Positions 62,089 to 64,000 of a stretch of 64,000 nt of DNA are shown here, one piece after another. Positions within the stretch are counted from its first letter, which is position 1, and every line of letters begins with the position of its first letter. Below the pieces are notes generated by a model. That model did no database searches and was not told where the DNA came from. It saw only the letters and a list, made by a program, of their open reading frames with translations. Made by a program: the position numbers and the translations under genes. This stretch comes from a virus, in IMG/VR virus record IMGVR_UViG_3300038436_000248, positions 8,854 through 72,853 of that record. One strand, written 5' to 3'.

Positions 62089-62418
62089 ATGTTAGATAGC
62101 AGAGTGTGTATCACCGTTGACGGCGGAACAATCAGTATCAATTATCAAGACGTGAGCGTCCTGGATGTTGTGGAAATCCTGGAAAGGCTGCTATTTGTCA
62201 GCAGGGCATATCTGACAATAAGCAAGCCCTTGTCCTCCGAAAAAGTCAAGCTCATTCTGGAGCCACACTTTCCTGGGGACAAAAAGATATGCATTGCTTT
62301 TGATGGCAAAGAAAGAATCGATGCTCACTCAAATGGATTGAGCGAATGGGAGACTACCTGCGCACTGCAGTGGGCGTCCACTTATATGCAGGCAGTTCTT
62401 TTGGGGCTAAAGGAGTAG
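62089..62418 (+). CDS. Hypothetical protein
   Basis: MLDSRV...; AGGAG RBS. Confidence 0.65.
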   Translation: MLDSRVCITVDGGTISINYQDVSVLDVVEILERLLFVSRAYLTISKPLSSEKVKLILEPHFPGDKKICIAFDGKERIDAHSNGLSEWETTCALQWASTYMQAVLLGLKE

Positions 62419-62420
62419 GC

Positions 62421-63644
62421 ATGCAAGGCAACGTTTTGTACCCCTCAAGTTATGATGGGCCATCTTCATTGTTCGGGGCCGCTGGAGATAACCAGGTCTT
62501 TACGGTGAAATACCCAATCAATGTTGATGCCATGCAAATTACCGTCAATGAGGATCTCTCTTCATTGGCCCTACCTACGATCTTGGTTTTCTTTGGTGGG
62601 GAAATTTGGTATGTCAAAGAGGGAGACGTTGCACAAAATGGACTTGGGGATTGGGTTATTCAGTTATCCAACCCCTATCAAAGAGCAATAAATGGAAGCC
62701 AGCTGCAGCCTCATTCAATTGGTGAAGAGATCTACACGGGGTTCACTGCGGATATTCATATCACCCTAAAGCGTGCCCTGATTGCCGCACAAAAATATGG
62801 CTTCCTTATTGGTACTGAGAGCGCAAGATCACTTACCAGTCCACTTGCAGGGATGGCTTATTTCTGCGCAGATTCCGGCAAGGTTTATTACTGCTTCACA
62901 GAGGGCAATTGGAAATGGATCAATAGGGCAACCCACGCCACTATTGCGGGCACAGATCAAAATGACCACCCTCAATATGCACAAGTGGCCGATTTTGCTG
63001 GGCAGCATGATTTCTCCGGGCACATTGCAGGCGGGGACAACCATGATCATACCTCGCCAAACCAGGGAGCCCCGATCAGGAGAGTAAGAAGTGGCCTGGC
63101 CGAGGATCAAGGGAACCCTGTTTGTGTAGGGGATACCTATTTCTCCGTGGATGTTGGTGGTGATGGCAGGCTTAGCGTTTCTGTTGACGGAGAGAACTGG
63201 ACGGATGTTTCTGGTGTCCCGAGCGGGGCGATTGCTGCGTTTCCCTCCGCATGCCCCGATGGTTGGGTAAGGTACACAGAGCTGGACAATCGCATTCCGT
63301 TTGCGGCAAACACGCCAGGCGAATCGGGGGGAACTGTGCAGCACAAGCACGTGTACGACGAGATTGTACAGCACTACCATTCCGTTTCCTCCAGCACTGT
63401 CTCTTTGTCCACGATAGGCACCCACTCTCACGTTCTCAATCGCCGGGGAAGTGCAGGGAGCCAGACCGCCCCTGCGATTTATGGTGGGACAGGCACGGAA
63501 GAAACCACCACTGGCGGATCCCATACACATAGTGTCGTGGTACTTGGACGGGCAACCGATTATGCGGGTGCAGCAAGTGCGGAAACAGGGCTTGGATCCA
63601 CCTTGCCCCCATATCAAGAAGTCGTTTTTTGCAAGAAGGTGTAA
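62421..63644 (+). CDS. Tail fibre/collar-like protein, paralogue 2
   Basis: YPSSYD..., ALIAAQKY, CPDGW.RYTELDNRIP, HxH repeats, LPPYQEVVFCKK. Confidence 0.8.
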   Translation: MQGNVLYPSSYDGPSSLFGAAGDNQVFTVKYPINVDAMQITVNEDLSSLALPTILVFFGGEIWYVKEGDVAQNGLGDWVIQLSNPYQRAINGSQLQPHSIGEEIYTGFTADIHITLKRALIAAQKYGFLIGTESARSLTSPLAGMAYFCADSGKVYYCFTEGNWKWINRATHATIAGTDQNDHPQYAQVADFAGQHDFSGHIAGGDNHDHTSPNQGAPIRRVRSGLAEDQGNPVCVGDTYFSVDVGGDGRLSVSVDGENWTDVSGVPSGAIAAFPSACPDGWVRYTELDNRIPFAANTPGESGGTVQHKHVYDEIVQHYHSVSSSTVSLSTIGTHSHVLNRRGSAGSQTAPAIYGGTGTEETTTGGSHTHSVVVLGRATDYAGAASAETGLGSTLPPYQEVVFCKKV

Positions 63645-63645
63645 C

Positions 63646-64000
63646 ATGGCCGAGCCGACAACCTCTTTTTATCCTGACGCCTTTGACAATGATCTATCTC
63701 TCTATGGGGATCTCCAAGATCAGAGAAACCTTTCGTTGATTGTGGACGCCACCGATACAGCTACCACGCTTTACTTTGATGGAATCGAAGGCGTAGATTT
63801 GCCTACATATATTCGGTTCATGGACGGTGAGATCGTTTATGTGGAGGAAACAAACTTCGACAAGACCGCTTTCGTGAACGTCCTGCGGGGTGCTTGTGGA
63901 TCAACACCAGTGTCTCACAGCATTGGAAGTGGGGCTTACCTGGTACTGACCGCAAAGCATATCAATGTACTCAAGAATGCAGCTTTGATTGCGCAGAAAT
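63646..64000 (+). CDS. Tail fibre/collar-like protein, paralogue 3 (truncated by window end)
   Basis: MAEPTTSFYPDAFDNDLSLYG...VLRG...SH...LTAKHINVLKNAALIAQK. Confidence 0.75.
   Translation, partial: MAEPTTSFYPDAFDNDLSLYGDLQDQRNLSLIVDATDTATTLYFDGIEGVDLPTYIRFMDGEIVYVEETNFDKTAFVNVLRGACGSTPVSHSIGSGAYLVLTAKHINVLKNAALIAQK

Larger units (their letters stand above)
1..64000. other. Segment of a large tailed bacteriophage genome (siphovirus-like morphogenesis module)
   Basis: Terminase, portal, HK97-type protease, capsid, tail tube, tail chaperone, 1493-aa tape measure and tail proteins in canonical order, plus phage-type nucleotide metabolism and a dense array of short early genes; no host housekeeping operons. 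Confidence 0.97.

Noticed and set aside
1-64000. Stop-codon reassignment
   Set aside because: TAA, TAG and TGA all terminate conserved genes at tight junctions, and long genes are intact in code 11
57885-64000. Diversity-generating retroelement acting on tail fibres
   Set aside because: No RT and no adenine-specific TR/VR repeat pair seen; paralogue similarity is protein-level

Overview
The window is a 64 kb segment of a large tailed phage (long tape measure; siphovirus-like tail module) using the standard genetic code. The host is not identifiable from sequence, and no integrase, polymerase, primase or helicase lies in the window. Layout: (i) 1-23.65 kb, minus-strand early/accessory region of about 45 short, mostly hypothetical genes, including a Gam-like protein, an RlaP-type nucleotidyltransferase, a radical SAM enzyme and two families of diverged paralogues; (ii) 23.7-24.3 kb, non-coding junction with phased A-tracts and G/C tracts; (iii) 24.4-26.4 kb, low-GC plus-strand cassette encoding an EcoRI-family MTase and a DUF262-HNH nuclease; (iv) 26.5-38.05 kb, minus-strand nucleotide and DNA metabolism genes (Lar-like, deoxyribosyltransferase-like, dUTPase, class II RNR, RusA, HNH, RNase H, SSB, DnaQ-like exonuclease, ThyX, CcrM-like MTase) with an embedded stable-RNA operon; (v) terminase genes on the minus strand, divergent from portal, protease, capsid, neck and tail genes on the plus strand. 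The most notable non-coding features are: about 15 covarying double-hairpin elements that punctuate the early gene array into 1-3 gene units; a recurring parS-like palindrome TTTTCACGTGAAAA; two tandem non-canonical tRNA-like cloverleaves followed by a long hairpin RNA; and two large structured non-coding regions (22.7-23.3 kb and 38.1-38.9 kb). Family names come from motif recognition without database searches.
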